Of a stretch of DNA of 64,000 bases, positions 46,521 through 56,194 are shown piece by piece (the first letter of the stretch is position 1; each line of letters begins with the position of its first letter). Location: contig CAYWPX010000003.1 of the NCBI GenBank assembly GCA_964460615.1, forward strand, positions 25,343 through 89,342. The letters run 5' to 3'. Origin of the DNA: an uncultured Planctomycetia bacterium. Its GTDB lineage: Bacteria; Omnitrophota; Gorgyraeia; CAYWPX01. The notes beneath the pieces are model-generated. The model was not told the DNA's origin, did no database searches, and saw only the letters and a program-made list of their open reading frames with translations. Position numbers and translations under genes: made by a program.

Positions 46521-47744
46521 TTATTCTTTAAATCGTATTTTGATGGATTCTAAATGCTTAGGCAACCCCTCAATGGTAGCAATTTTTTCTATTTCTTTCC
46601 TGATATTCTCCAGGGCCTTTTTGGAATATGATATAACATGAGAACTTTTTGTAAAATCATTCAGCGATAACCCTGAAAAAAATCTTGCCGTACCTCCTGT
46701 AGGAAGAACATGGCTGGGACCGGCTATATAGTCGCCGACTGATACCGGCGTATATGGCCCAACAAAAATTGCGCCGGCATGCCTTATATTCTTAATAACT
46801 TTTTTATAGTTATTTACCAAAACCTCAAGATGTTCAGGCGCAAGCATATTTGCCACCTCAACGGCTTCGTCAATGTTTTTGGTCAAAACTATGTAACCGT
46901 TTTCAACCTCTTTCTTCATATTTTTAGCTATGACCTTTGAGCTGGTCACAAGGATTGAAAGCCCGCCGGAGTGCTCGCTCTGAGCCAATAGATCTGCTTT
47001 AATAAAATCCTGGTTACTGGTTTTATCCGCAATGATCAATACTTCGCTAGGACCGGCTATCATGTCGATATCGCAATACCCGTAAACCTGTCTTTTGGCT
47101 TCGGTTACATAGGGGTTACCGGGGCCTACTATCTTATCGACCTTAGGTATAGTTTTGGTTCCAAAGGCCATTGCAGCTATTGCCTGTGCTCCTCCTATCT
47201 TGTAGATCTCATCCACCTTTATCAGGTTAGCTACAACAAGGATATGCGGATCGACGCTGCCGAATTTATTAGGGGGTGTCAATAATATGATCTTTTTAAC
47301 TCCGGCTAATTTAGCCGGAAGTACTGACATATAGACACTTGAGATAAGTGGCACCTGCCCGCTTGGGACATACACTCCCAACTTTTCCAGCGGCCCGAAT
47401 TTTTCTCCCAGCATTACGCCGTCATCGAGTTTTATTTTCCAAGATTTCTTAATTTGTTTTTTGTAGAACCTGGTAATATTATCAATAACCACCTTAAGAG
47501 TATTGACGAACTCAGGGCTGATATCCTGATAGGCGCCGCTTGTTTCGGTTTCATTGACCTTAAATGAATGAGGTTTTAACTTAATGTTGTCAAACTTTCT
47601 TGTGTATTTTACAAGAGCATCATCCCCATACATCCTTACATTTTCAACGATCTGGGAAACAGTTTTGGTGACGCGGATCTTTTTCTCCAGGTACCTATTG
47701 CAGAGTTTTTTGAACTGATTTGATCCGACCTTGATTACCTTCAT
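46521..47744 (-). CDS. hisD: Histidinol dehydrogenase
   Basis: 407 aa. GPGNPYVTEAKR...IAGPSEVLIIAD...QSEH motifs. Confidence 0.85.
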   Translation of the reverse strand: MKVIKVGSNQFKKLCNRYLEKKIRVTKTVSQIVENVRMYGDDALVKYTRKFDNIKLKPHSFKVNETETSGAYQDISPEFVNTLKVVIDNITRFYKKQIKKSWKIKLDDGVMLGEKFGPLEKLGVYVPSGQVPLISSVYMSVLPAKLAGVKKIILLTPPNKFGSVDPHILVVANLIKVDEIYKIGGAQAIAAMAFGTKTIPKVDKIVGPGNPYVTEAKRQVYGYCDIDMIAGPSEVLIIADKTSNQDFIKADLLAQSEHSGGLSILVTSSKVIAKNMKKEVENGYIVLTKNIDEAVEVANMLAPEHLEVLVNNYKKVIKNIRHAGAIFVGPYTPVSVGDYIAGPSHVLPTGGTARFFSGLSLNDFTKSSHVISYSKKALENIRKEIEKIATIEGLPKHLESIKIRFKE

Positions 47745-50464
47745 TTTGAAAGCTCCTTCTCGATTATGCCTAAAGCGCTCTTAAGCGATTCGTCGAGCTT
47801 ATCGGCAGATTTACCGCCTGCCTGAGCAAAATTTGGCCTGCCGCCTCCTGAACCGTCTACAATAGAACTTACGGACTTGATTATACTGACAGCATCTAAT
47901 CCTTTTTTTACTAAGTCATCCGTGATAGACATGATATAAACAGGTTTTTCATTATTTTTACCGCCAAGCAGGATTGCGCTTGATGAATTTAGCTTGCATT
48001 TGATCTCGTCGGAAATAACCCTTAAAATATTTACATCGGTATTGTCAATTCTTTCAATAACCACCTTAGAGTTTAGTATTGATCTGGAATTCTTAACGTA
48101 ATCATCGATAGACGACTTAGCATTAGACAATTTCAGAGACTGATCCTTCTTTTCTAATCCCTTTAGTATATCAAGAGCCTCATTAAATGAATTTTTCAGC
48201 TCATCAATTGCAATCTCAAGCCTATCCAGATCCTTATAACCATATTTTTCTATAGCGACGTTATTGTATTTATTCACAATAAGCATATCGGTCTTCTTAA
48301 CCCCCAATTTCTCTTCTAATGCATTAACCTCTTTAATTTTTTCTTTAAGACCATTAAGGGTACTTTTAAAAAAATCGATAATGTATTCTTTGGAGCTTTT
48401 TCCTGTAACAGCCTCAATCCTTCTGACCCCGGCGGCAATTGAGGATTCGCTTACTATTTTAAAATAACCGATGTCTTTTATGTTATCCAGATGGGTTCCG
48501 CCGCATAATTCCTTGGAATAGTTACCTATAGAGATGACGCGGACAAGATCAGAATATTTTTCTCCGAAAATTGCCATTGCCCCGTCCTTTTTTGCATCCT
48601 CAATCCTGACATTATCTTTTATGGCAACCTTATCTCCGGTTAATATCTTTTCATTAATTTTAAGCGCAATTTTCCTAAGTTCTATTTCCTCGATCTTATT
48701 TTGATGGGAAAAGTCAAATCTAAGATGTTTATCATCTACAACAGACCCGGCCTGCCTTATGTGATCACCAAGGACTTCTCTTAGAGTAAACTGTAATAAA
48801 TGGGTAGCGGTATGATTCTTCATTATATTTTCACGTCTTTTTTTATCTATGGAAGCTATGACCCTGGTACCTTTAAACAGTTCCGGATCATGTTTAGTAA
48901 TATGTATGATCGTATTCCCGAATTTTTTGGCGTCAGTGACCTTGATTTTTTTTCCTATAAGTTCAAAGGTCCCTATATCTCCCACCTGTCCGCCGGATTC
49001 TCCGTAGAACGGGGTTCTATCAAGTATTATGCCCACTTCTTGGTTTTTTTTGCCTTTTACGAATTCTTTGCCGGTTGATAGATCAATAACTGCTAGTACC
49101 TTGGCGTCCTGAGAAAAAGTTTTATAACCGACAAATTCTGTCTTAAACCCAAGGCCGGCTATTTTATCTTCTATTGTTTCTGAAAATATTTCACCATGTG
49201 TTTTGCCTCCCGTCCTGGATTTTTCTCTTTGGATCTCAAGCCTTTTATCAAAATCTGATTCGATTATCTTTAATCCTGATTCATTGGCGCATTCTTCAAG
49301 GATATCAAAAGGAACTCCATGTGTATCATAAAAATCAAAAGCTCTGTCTATAAGCTCCCTATTGATCAAAGAGGGCTCTAGTGAGGATCTTTTTGCCATA
49401 TCATTAAAAGCTGTTCTGACCATAGGTACCTTTTCGCTATAAATAATAGAAAATTGGTCCTCTTCTTTTTTTATAGTCTGAGCCGCAACATCTCTGGTTT
49501 TTTCAAGTTCAGGATAAGCGGGCTTCATTATCCTGGTAACGGCGTCGACCAGTTTATACAGATATGCATCTTTTATGCCTAAATAATAGAGATGTACAAT
49601 GGAACGCCTAATTAACTTTCTTATAACATACCCTCTGGACTCATTTGAAGGAAAAATACCATCGTTTATTGAGAAAGTAACGGCTCTTACGTGATCGGCA
49701 ATTGCATTGACGTGGCTGATATAATCTTGCGGTTTAGCATTAGAAGCAGCTTCAATTTTTTTAGTCAGATCAACAAAAAGATCCGTCTCGAAATTATTAA
49801 GAGCTTTTTCCATAACCTGAGTAATTCGTTCCAGCCCCATCCCCGTATCGATGTTTTTATTTTTGAGCGGTTCTAGGACATTAACATCAAGCCTGTTAAA
49901 CTGAGTAAAAACAAGATTCCATATCTCAAGGTCATTGAAGTAAATTTCAGAACATGGCCCGCAGGGGCCGTTTGGGCCCTCAAGAGGCGCATTTTGCGGC
50001 CAATAATTCTCATCCATACCTTTTTTTTGGATTTTTGTATCAGAAAGACCTATTAGTTTATTCCAAATATCAAACGATTCCCGGTCGTCCGCATATACGG
50101 TCACCCAAAGGTCATCCTTGGAGAGCTTTAGGACATCAGTCACGTATTCCCACGCCCATTTAATAGCATCTTCCTTAAAATAATCCCCGAATGAGAAATT
50201 CCCAAGCATCTCAAAAAATGTATGATGCCCTCTGGTCTTTCCAACCCTGTCCAGATCGCCGGTCCTTAAGCATTTTTGGCAGCTGGTTGCACGGGTATAT
50301 GTCAGATTTTTACCTAAAAACTTATCTTTAAACTGGTTCATGCCGGCGCCGGTGAATAGAACCGTGGGATCTCCGACCGGAACCAATGAATCACTCGGGA
50401 CTATAGTATGGCCTTTTGACTTAAAGAATTCCAAATAATTTTTTCTTATATCGTAACTATTCAT
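47741..50464 (-). CDS. alaS: Alanine--tRNA ligase
   Basis: 907 aa. Class II catalytic core, editing domain HxxxH/CxxxH motifs (HTATHLL, CGGTH) and C-terminal DHHA1-like domain. Confidence 0.95.
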   Translation of the reverse strand: MNSYDIRKNYLEFFKSKGHTIVPSDSLVPVGDPTVLFTGAGMNQFKDKFLGKNLTYTRATSCQKCLRTGDLDRVGKTRGHHTFFEMLGNFSFGDYFKEDAIKWAWEYVTDVLKLSKDDLWVTVYADDRESFDIWNKLIGLSDTKIQKKGMDENYWPQNAPLEGPNGPCGPCSEIYFNDLEIWNLVFTQFNRLDVNVLEPLKNKNIDTGMGLERITQVMEKALNNFETDLFVDLTKKIEAASNAKPQDYISHVNAIADHVRAVTFSINDGIFPSNESRGYVIRKLIRRSIVHLYYLGIKDAYLYKLVDAVTRIMKPAYPELEKTRDVAAQTIKKEEDQFSIIYSEKVPMVRTAFNDMAKRSSLEPSLINRELIDRAFDFYDTHGVPFDILEECANESGLKIIESDFDKRLEIQREKSRTGGKTHGEIFSETIEDKIAGLGFKTEFVGYKTFSQDAKVLAVIDLSTGKEFVKGKKNQEVGIILDRTPFYGESGGQVGDIGTFELIGKKIKVTDAKKFGNTIIHITKHDPELFKGTRVIASIDKKRRENIMKNHTATHLLQFTLREVLGDHIRQAGSVVDDKHLRFDFSHQNKIEEIELRKIALKINEKILTGDKVAIKDNVRIEDAKKDGAMAIFGEKYSDLVRVISIGNYSKELCGGTHLDNIKDIGYFKIVSESSIAAGVRRIEAVTGKSSKEYIIDFFKSTLNGLKEKIKEVNALEEKLGVKKTDMLIVNKYNNVAIEKYGYKDLDRLEIAIDELKNSFNEALDILKGLEKKDQSLKLSNAKSSIDDYVKNSRSILNSKVVIERIDNTDVNILRVISDEIKCKLNSSSAILLGGKNNEKPVYIMSITDDLVKKGLDAVSIIKSVSSIVDGSGGGRPNFAQAGGKSADKLDESLKSALGIIEKELSK

Positions 50465-50957
50465 TCAATTTAATTTCCGAAAACACATTATTTATTGCAT
50501 CCACGCTGTAACCTTTTGAGGCTAAGAATCTAAACAGCCTAGTTCTGACTTTGCCTGGATCCAGGTTATTAAGTGTTCTGAGTTTTTTTTTCACAAGCAC
50601 CTTAAGCGATGAATCAAATTCGCCTTCAATGTGCCTAAGGGCTTCTTCAATATTATCAGGGTCTATCCCCAGGCGTCTTAAGTCAAATCTTATTCTGTAG
50701 GGGCCGAATCCTTTTATAGAGATTTTAGATCGGGCAAATTTGAGCGCAAAAGACTTATCGTCAATTAATCCGTTCAATTTAAGCTTATTTATGATCGTAT
50801 CGATAATGTCATGCCCGAAAGACTTCTTATTTAGAGCATCTCTGATTTCTTTTTCACTTCTGGATCTTATACTAAGAAGCTTGTATGAATACCCCAGAGC
50901 TTCTTTAAAAGGATCTATAAAGTTGTTATTTTTTTGCTGGCTCCTTAATGATGGCAT
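50457..50957 (-). CDS. recX: Regulatory protein RecX
   Basis: 166 aa three-repeat helical protein. Sits next to alaS (as in the E. coli order recA-recX-alaS), with htrA lying between it and recA here. Confidence 0.75.
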   Translation of the reverse strand: MPSLRSQQKNNNFIDPFKEALGYSYKLLSIRSRSEKEIRDALNKKSFGHDIIDTIINKLKLNGLIDDKSFALKFARSKISIKGFGPYRIRFDLRRLGIDPDNIEEALRHIEGEFDSSLKVLVKKKLRTLNNLDPGKVRTRLFRFLASKGYSVDAINNVFSEIKLNE

Positions 50958-52458
50958 AGTTATTTAAAGTTCTGATAAGAACATTACCTTTCGAATTTTT
51001 AACTACTTTTTGAAAATCATCGGTATTTTTAATAAAGATCTTATTGATCTCCTTTATAACATCACCTACCTTTAATCCGGCATCCAGCGCAGGACTATTT
51101 GGCTGTATTTCTTTTATAATAACTCCAAGAGTGTCCTTTAGTGAAAATTTTGCCTGAAGCTCCGGCGTGATATTCACTACTTTCATACCCCTGAAAACAG
51201 CTTCACTAGGCAAGGTTTCGCGTGCCACAAAACCGGTATCTTCGGATATAATGGGCCTTTCAGCTACAGTGGCTACAACTTCCATACTCTTCTTATCTCT
51301 GATAATTTCAAGTGTGATTTTTTCGCCAACTTTTGCATATCCGACCTTTTGAAGTATATCGGTGGTTCCTGAGATCTTCTCGCTATTAACGGATACTATT
51401 ACGTCACCTGATTTTAAACCGGCTTTAGCCGCTGGGCCGTCAGGGATAACGGACGAAACAAGGACGCCATCATTCATGCTGATACCGAAGAAATCTGCCA
51501 GATCCTGATCAAGAGGTTGGACAGTAACACCTAACCAGCCGTATTTAATCTGCTTTCCTTTTGAAAGGTCATCAATAATATATTTTGCGGTATTTATCGG
51601 TATTGCAAAGCCTATTCCCTGATAACCTCCGGTAGTTGAGTAAATAGCAACATTGATGCCAACGATCTTGCCTTCAAGGTCGCAGAGAGGGCCGCCGCTA
51701 TTCCCGGGGTTAATTGCAGCATCGGTCTGGATAAGGTCAAAATATCCCCTTTCTTTTCCGGCTTGTACGGGAAGAGCTCTATGAAGAGCGCTAACAACGC
51801 CAGTTGTAACGGTCGGTTCAGGCGTAGACATCATAAAGCCGAAGGGATTACCTATGGCAATAACCCATTGGCCGGTCCTTACATAGTCTGAGTTGCCTAG
51901 CTCTGCATAAGGAAGATCCTTGGCCTCGATCTTGATAACCGCCAAATCGCTTCTTTCATCCGAACCCTTAAGAAGAGCGGAAAATTTTCTGCCATCAGAA
52001 AGCGTGACCGTGATCTTATCCGCACCGTCAACAACATGCTCATTCGTTAATATATACCCATCCTTAGAAATAATTACCCCGCTACCAAGTCCCATCTCTT
52101 TTTGTTCGGACTGAGGCAGTTCACCGAAAAAATCACTGAAGAACTTATTAAAGAAATCCTCATTTAAATTATTCTGTCCCTGGGGTGTATTAAAGTAGTA
52201 CCTTCTGGTTGATACTTTTTGGGTTCTTTCGCTTGAAATACTTGCTACTGCCGGGCCTACTAATTCAGCAACTTTTATAAAGCTATATTCGAGATTTTTT
52301 TCAGAAGACTGGTCCTTGCTGTCAGGTGTTGAGTGGGAATTCGCAGCATCGGTCCTTGGTGTGATATTGAGCCTTACCGTTATCATGAAACCAACCACGA
52401 TCCCAAAACTAAGGGCAATTAAAAAAATCAAAAATTTGTTATTAATTTTTTTAATCAT
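50926..52458 (-). CDS. htrA: Periplasmic serine endoprotease DegP/HtrA family (trypsin domain plus 2 PDZ)
   Basis: GNSGGPL catalytic Ser motif, His and Asp triad regions, two PDZ segments, N-terminal signal anchor. Confidence 0.9.
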   Translation of the reverse strand: MIKKINNKFLIFLIALSFGIVVGFMITVRLNITPRTDAANSHSTPDSKDQSSEKNLEYSFIKVAELVGPAVASISSERTQKVSTRRYYFNTPQGQNNLNEDFFNKFFSDFFGELPQSEQKEMGLGSGVIISKDGYILTNEHVVDGADKITVTLSDGRKFSALLKGSDERSDLAVIKIEAKDLPYAELGNSDYVRTGQWVIAIGNPFGFMMSTPEPTVTTGVVSALHRALPVQAGKERGYFDLIQTDAAINPGNSGGPLCDLEGKIVGINVAIYSTTGGYQGIGFAIPINTAKYIIDDLSKGKQIKYGWLGVTVQPLDQDLADFFGISMNDGVLVSSVIPDGPAAKAGLKSGDVIVSVNSEKISGTTDILQKVGYAKVGEKITLEIIRDKKSMEVVATVAERPIISEDTGFVARETLPSEAVFRGMKVVNITPELQAKFSLKDTLGVIIKEIQPNSPALDAGLKVGDVIKEINKIFIKNTDDFQKVVKNSKGNVLIRTLNNYAIIKEPAKK

Positions 52459-52482
52459 ATTATTATCTCCAAAATCTAATTG

Positions 52483-53529
52483 TTAAGAATTTGCTTCTTC
52501 TCTTTCTTTAAGTTTTTTTAGAGTTTCCTTTTCGATCTTATCAAGAACTTTCGGGTTCTGTCTAAGATAAATGCGGGCATTTTCCTTGCCTTGCCCCAAT
52601 TTCTCATCTTGCCAAAGAATCCATGTTCCGCTTTTAGTAAGAACGCCTAATTCTTCCCCAAGGTCAAGTATTGTTGCCGATTTGGAAATCCCCTCGTCAT
52701 ACATAATATCGAATTCAGCTTTTCTAAATGGCGGAGCAACTTTATTCTTGACAACGGTTGCTTTTACTCTGTTACCGACAACTTCATCGCCTTTTTTTAA
52801 AGAAGCAATTTTTCTTAGGTCGATCCTTACTGATGAATAAAACTTTAAAGCCCTTCCCCCGGGAGTAGTTTCGGGATTGCCAAACATAACGCCGATCTTT
52901 TCTCTGATCTGGTTAATGAATATAACACAGGTTTTGGATTTGGAGATAGCGGCTGTAAGCTTTCTGAGTGCCTGACTCATCAGTCTTGCCTGTAAGCCTA
53001 TATGAGAGTCTCCCATCTCGCCTTCAATCTCAGACTTTGGGGTAAGAGCTGCAACAGAATCGACAACAACGATATCAAGGGCGTTTGACCTAACCAGTGT
53101 TTCCACTATTTCAAGCGCCTGTTCTCCGGTATCAGGCTGTGATATTAGCAATTCATCTAAATTGACGCCTATCTTTTTGGCATAAGTAGAGTCAAATGCA
53201 TGTTCAGCGTCAATAAAGGCAGCCTGTCCGCCCAATTTTTGAGCCTCAGCTACAATACTTAGCGTAAGAGTAGTTTTGCCGCTCGATTCGGGCCCAAAAA
53301 TTTCTATAACCCTTCCTCTAGGAACACCGCCAATCCCAAGAGCGTTGTCTACAAGAATGGACCCAGTAGGAATACTACCGACTTCTACCTTAAAATCCTT
53401 ACCAAGTCTCATTATGGAGCCCTTGCCGAATTGTTTTTCAATCTGGCTAAGAGCAAGTGTTAATGCTTTATCTTTCTCATCCCTGATCTTCTGCGTATTA
53501 TCAACTTCGGTTTTTACCTTTGTCATCAT
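52483..53529 (-). CDS. recA: Recombinase RecA
   Basis: 348 aa. Walker [11 protein letters not shown]1 and L2 loops. Confidence 0.97.
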   Translation of the reverse strand: MMTKVKTEVDNTQKIRDEKDKALTLALSQIEKQFGKGSIMRLGKDFKVEVGSIPTGSILVDNALGIGGVPRGRVIEIFGPESSGKTTLTLSIVAEAQKLGGQAAFIDAEHAFDSTYAKKIGVNLDELLISQPDTGEQALEIVETLVRSNALDIVVVDSVAALTPKSEIEGEMGDSHIGLQARLMSQALRKLTAAISKSKTCVIFINQIREKIGVMFGNPETTPGGRALKFYSSVRIDLRKIASLKKGDEVVGNRVKATVVKNKVAPPFRKAEFDIMYDEGISKSATILDLGEELGVLTKSGTWILWQDEKLGQGKENARIYLRQNPKVLDKIEKETLKKLKEREEANS

Positions 53530-53564
53530 AATACCTTTCTTTTGTTAAACTCGTTTTGGTTCAC

Positions 53565-53602
53565 GAAAAAATAGGTTAAGGATATCAGTATATCCTTAAC
53601 CT
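53565..53602 (-). terminator. Rho-independent terminator (perfect 12-bp stem GGTTAAGGATAT, 4-nt loop, U-tract) between the HAMP paralog and recA
   Basis: Minus strand reads GGTTAAGGATATACTGATATCCTTAACCTATTTTTTCG. Confidence 0.75.
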
Positions 53603-53623
53603 TAAATTTAGCCCATAAAAAAA

Positions 53624-54211
53624 CTAGGCTTTAGGCTGTAATTCGGATAATAATTTATTAATTTGGCTTGTAGTGTCGCTGATAAACTTGCTATCATTTG
53701 GGTTAATCTTTACATTATTGATAAGAAACTCAACTTTTTCTTTTAATTCCGATATGATCTCTTTTTCACGGCTGGCTTTTCTATCAAGATTGTCAAGCAT
53801 TTGATTAAAGGCATCGGCTATATCCTGTAAATGGTCGCTGCTACGGAATCTTAACGGGTTAATTCTGGTGCCTTGAGCAAAACTGTTAATGTATTGAGTA
53901 AGCCTGAATATAGGACCTGCTAACCTGTGCGAAGAGTATATCCCTAAGATCAAAAGAAGTATGCAATTAAGGCCGAGAATAATAAAGATTTTGGAAAGAA
54001 ATTCGTTTGCAATAGATTCAACAGCCTTAAGCGGGAAGCTTTCCTCACCAGCAATCAGATGGAATAGGTTCAGATACTCTTTATTTAACCAATAAAGGCA
54101 TCCGCCGAGAAAAAGCGTTATTATGCTAGCCTGGAAAACAAGCATCATCGCGTATGAGAACTGCAATTTTTTATCTACTAAAAAATTTTTTCTTTTGTTA
54201 ACAAAAACCAT
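53624..54211 (-). CDS. 2TM-HAMP domain membrane protein with short coiled-coil tail and no output domain (paralog 1). Start set at ATG 54211, which has a GAGG SD.
   Basis: TM1 (YAMMLVFQASIITLFLGGCLYWL), about 30-aa loop, TM2, then the HAMP signature SHRLAGPIFRLTQYINSFAQG...DHLQDIADAFNQMLDNL. Confidence 0.7.
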   Translation of the reverse strand: MVFVNKRKNFLVDKKLQFSYAMMLVFQASIITLFLGGCLYWLNKEYLNLFHLIAGEESFPLKAVESIANEFLSKIFIILGLNCILLLILGIYSSHRLAGPIFRLTQYINSFAQGTRINPLRFRSSDHLQDIADAFNQMLDNLDRKASREKEIISELKEKVEFLINNVKINPNDSKFISDTTSQINKLLSELQPKA

Positions 54212-54227
54212 TGAAAGAGCCTCATTA

Positions 54228-54821
54228 TTAATTTTTTTTAGTTGAAAGCTGATTGGCCAGCTCTTCAATTTCCTTCATTTGCGTCATCAATGATTCCTGG
54301 GTGGTAGAACCTTTTTCTGCCGAGCTTATTACATGGGATATCTTACCCTTAAGTGAATCTAGGACTTTAATATCTTCTTTAGTTTTGCTTTCCAGGGAAT
54401 CGATCATATTGTTAAAAGCCTTTGCAAGCTCCTGCAAATGGTCCTTCTTTCTTATTTTTACTGTTGAAAGGCTGTTTTCAATCCCGATCAGATTTAAGTA
54501 CTTTGTCAATCTATATAACGGCCCTGCGTATCTATTGGAGGTGTAGATCCCGACAAAAAATAAGAGAATTGCTATAACCCCCATTCCTAAAGCCAATTTC
54601 CATATGAATTGATTTTCAATATCCTTTATATATTCTTTTGAAATCGCATTTTCGCCGGCAATTTTATAAAAAACATCCAAATACTCCTTATTCAGGTACC
54701 AAATCGCAAAGCCCAGTATAAATGTTATAAATAGAACATAAAAAATAAGCATACCCGTATAAGAAAGCTGCAGATTTTTATTTATCAGATAGTTCTTTCT
54801 TCTATATGTATTTTTATTCAT
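54228..54821 (-). CDS. 2TM-HAMP domain membrane protein (paralog 2). Start set at ATG 54821, which has a GGAGG SD. The track ORF begins at a TTG at 54845.
   Basis: Same architecture as paralog 1, about 35-40 percent identical. N-terminus RRKNYLINKNLQLSY matches NKRKNFLVDKKLQFSY. HAMP SNRYAGPLYRLTKYLNLIG...DHLQELAKAFNNMIDSL. Confidence 0.7.
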   Translation of the reverse strand: MNKNTYRRKNYLINKNLQLSYTGMLIFYVLFITFILGFAIWYLNKEYLDVFYKIAGENAISKEYIKDIENQFIWKLALGMGVIAILLFFVGIYTSNRYAGPLYRLTKYLNLIGIENSLSTVKIRKKDHLQELAKAFNNMIDSLESKTKEDIKVLDSLKGKISHVISSAEKGSTTQESLMTQMKEIEELANQLSTKKN

Positions 54822-54931
54822 TTTTCCTCCAGCCTTTTTTATCAATATTACTGTTAAATTATACTATTAGTTCGATTCTTTGTAAAGAAAAATCTTGTCC
54901 TAAGCCTTTACATGGATTATAATTAATTATC

Positions 54932-56194
54932 ATGAAAACCACTAAAATCAGCAAAGCAGAGATTATTTCAATAGGCACCGAATTATTGCTTGGAAATATT
55001 GTAGACACTAATGCTCAATACATCTCAAAGACGCTTTCAAGGTTGGGTGTTAATCTGTACTTCAGGCAGACCGTTGGGGATAGCCCTTCCAGGCTGATCG
55101 AGAGCCTAAAGCTTGCTTCAACTAGATCTGATCTGATCATAACAATTGGCGGACTGGGGCCGACAATTGATGATATAACAATTAAAACTGTCGCAAATTT
55201 TACTCATGCAAAATTAGTCAAAAACGACTATGTTATTAAGAAGCTTGAGAGTTATTTTTTGGCCAGAGGTTTGAAAGTTCCTCCGGACAATTTTAAGCAG
55301 GCGCTGATACCTGAAAAAGGAACGATTATTAAGAATGAATTTGGTACTGCACCCGGAATAATGATCAATTATAATAGTAAGCTCATAATTATGCTGCCAG
55401 GCCCTCCAAACGAACTTATCCCGATGTTTGATAAATATATATTTAAGCTTATAAAGAAAAGATATGCCTTAAATAACCCTATTATCTCAAAAACAATAAA
55501 GCTTACTTCTATAGGTGAGTCGATAGTTAACGGAAAAGTTAAAGATCTTCTTAAGCTGTCAGGCGAAGCTACTGTCGGTATTTACGCCTGTAATAATGAG
55601 GTGCATCTGGTCATTACTGCAAAGTGCCAATCGCCGGGTTTGTCAAATAAGGCCATCAAAGAGATCAGTAAAAAAATCTATGCCCGGCTGAATACATATA
55701 TTTTCGGCGAAGATGGCGAGACACTTGAAAGCGGTGTCGGGAAACTACTTAATAGGAAAAAACTTACATTATCTATTGCAGAATCTGCTACGGGAGGACT
55801 AGTCGCCAATCGGATAACCGACATCTCCGGGTCTTCGGCATATTTTATTTTTGGAGGGGTGTTTTATAGTAATAGATCTAAGGCCGACACTTTAAAAGTT
55901 AGCGAGAGAGTCATTAATAAATTCGGGGCTGTCAGCAAAGAAACAGCTGATTTAATGGCTAAGAACATCAGAACGCTCTGTAAGACATCACTTGGATTGT
56001 CTATTACCGGGATTGCAGGCCCAACAGGAGGAAGCAAAAATAAGCCTATCGGAACTCACTATATTGCTATTAATGACGGCAGAAAGTCTCTAGTAAAAAA
56101 AGTTTTGTTAACCGGTGACAGGAAAACCATTAAATACAATTGTTCACAGCAGGCTCTCAGTGTTTTATGGAGATACCTTAAAGGATATGAGTGA
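54932..56194 (+). CDS. cinA: Competence/damage-inducible protein CinA (MoCF-binding N-domain plus PncC-like NMN deamidase C-domain)
   Basis: 420 aa. N-terminus ISIGTELLLGNIVDTNAQYIS, GGLGPTIDDIT and the C-terminal CinA domain. Confidence 0.9.
   Translation: MKTTKISKAEIISIGTELLLGNIVDTNAQYISKTLSRLGVNLYFRQTVGDSPSRLIESLKLASTRSDLIITIGGLGPTIDDITIKTVANFTHAKLVKNDYVIKKLESYFLARGLKVPPDNFKQALIPEKGTIIKNEFGTAPGIMINYNSKLIIMLPGPPNELIPMFDKYIFKLIKKRYALNNPIISKTIKLTSIGESIVNGKVKDLLKLSGEATVGIYACNNEVHLVITAKCQSPGLSNKAIKEISKKIYARLNTYIFGEDGETLESGVGKLLNRKKLTLSIAESATGGLVANRITDISGSSAYFIFGGVFYSNRSKADTLKVSERVINKFGAVSKETADLMAKNIRTLCKTSLGLSITGIAGPTGGSKNKPIGTHYIAINDGRKSLVKKVLLTGDRKTIKYNCSQQALSVLWRYLKGYE

Noticed and set aside
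53530-53565. Possible LexA/SOS box upstream of recA
   Set aside because: No GAAC-N4-GTTC (Cheo box), CTGT-N8-ACAG or other recognisable LexA palindrome is present. Only an AT-rich segment with GTTAAAC. The LexA motif of this lineage is unknown, so no call was made.
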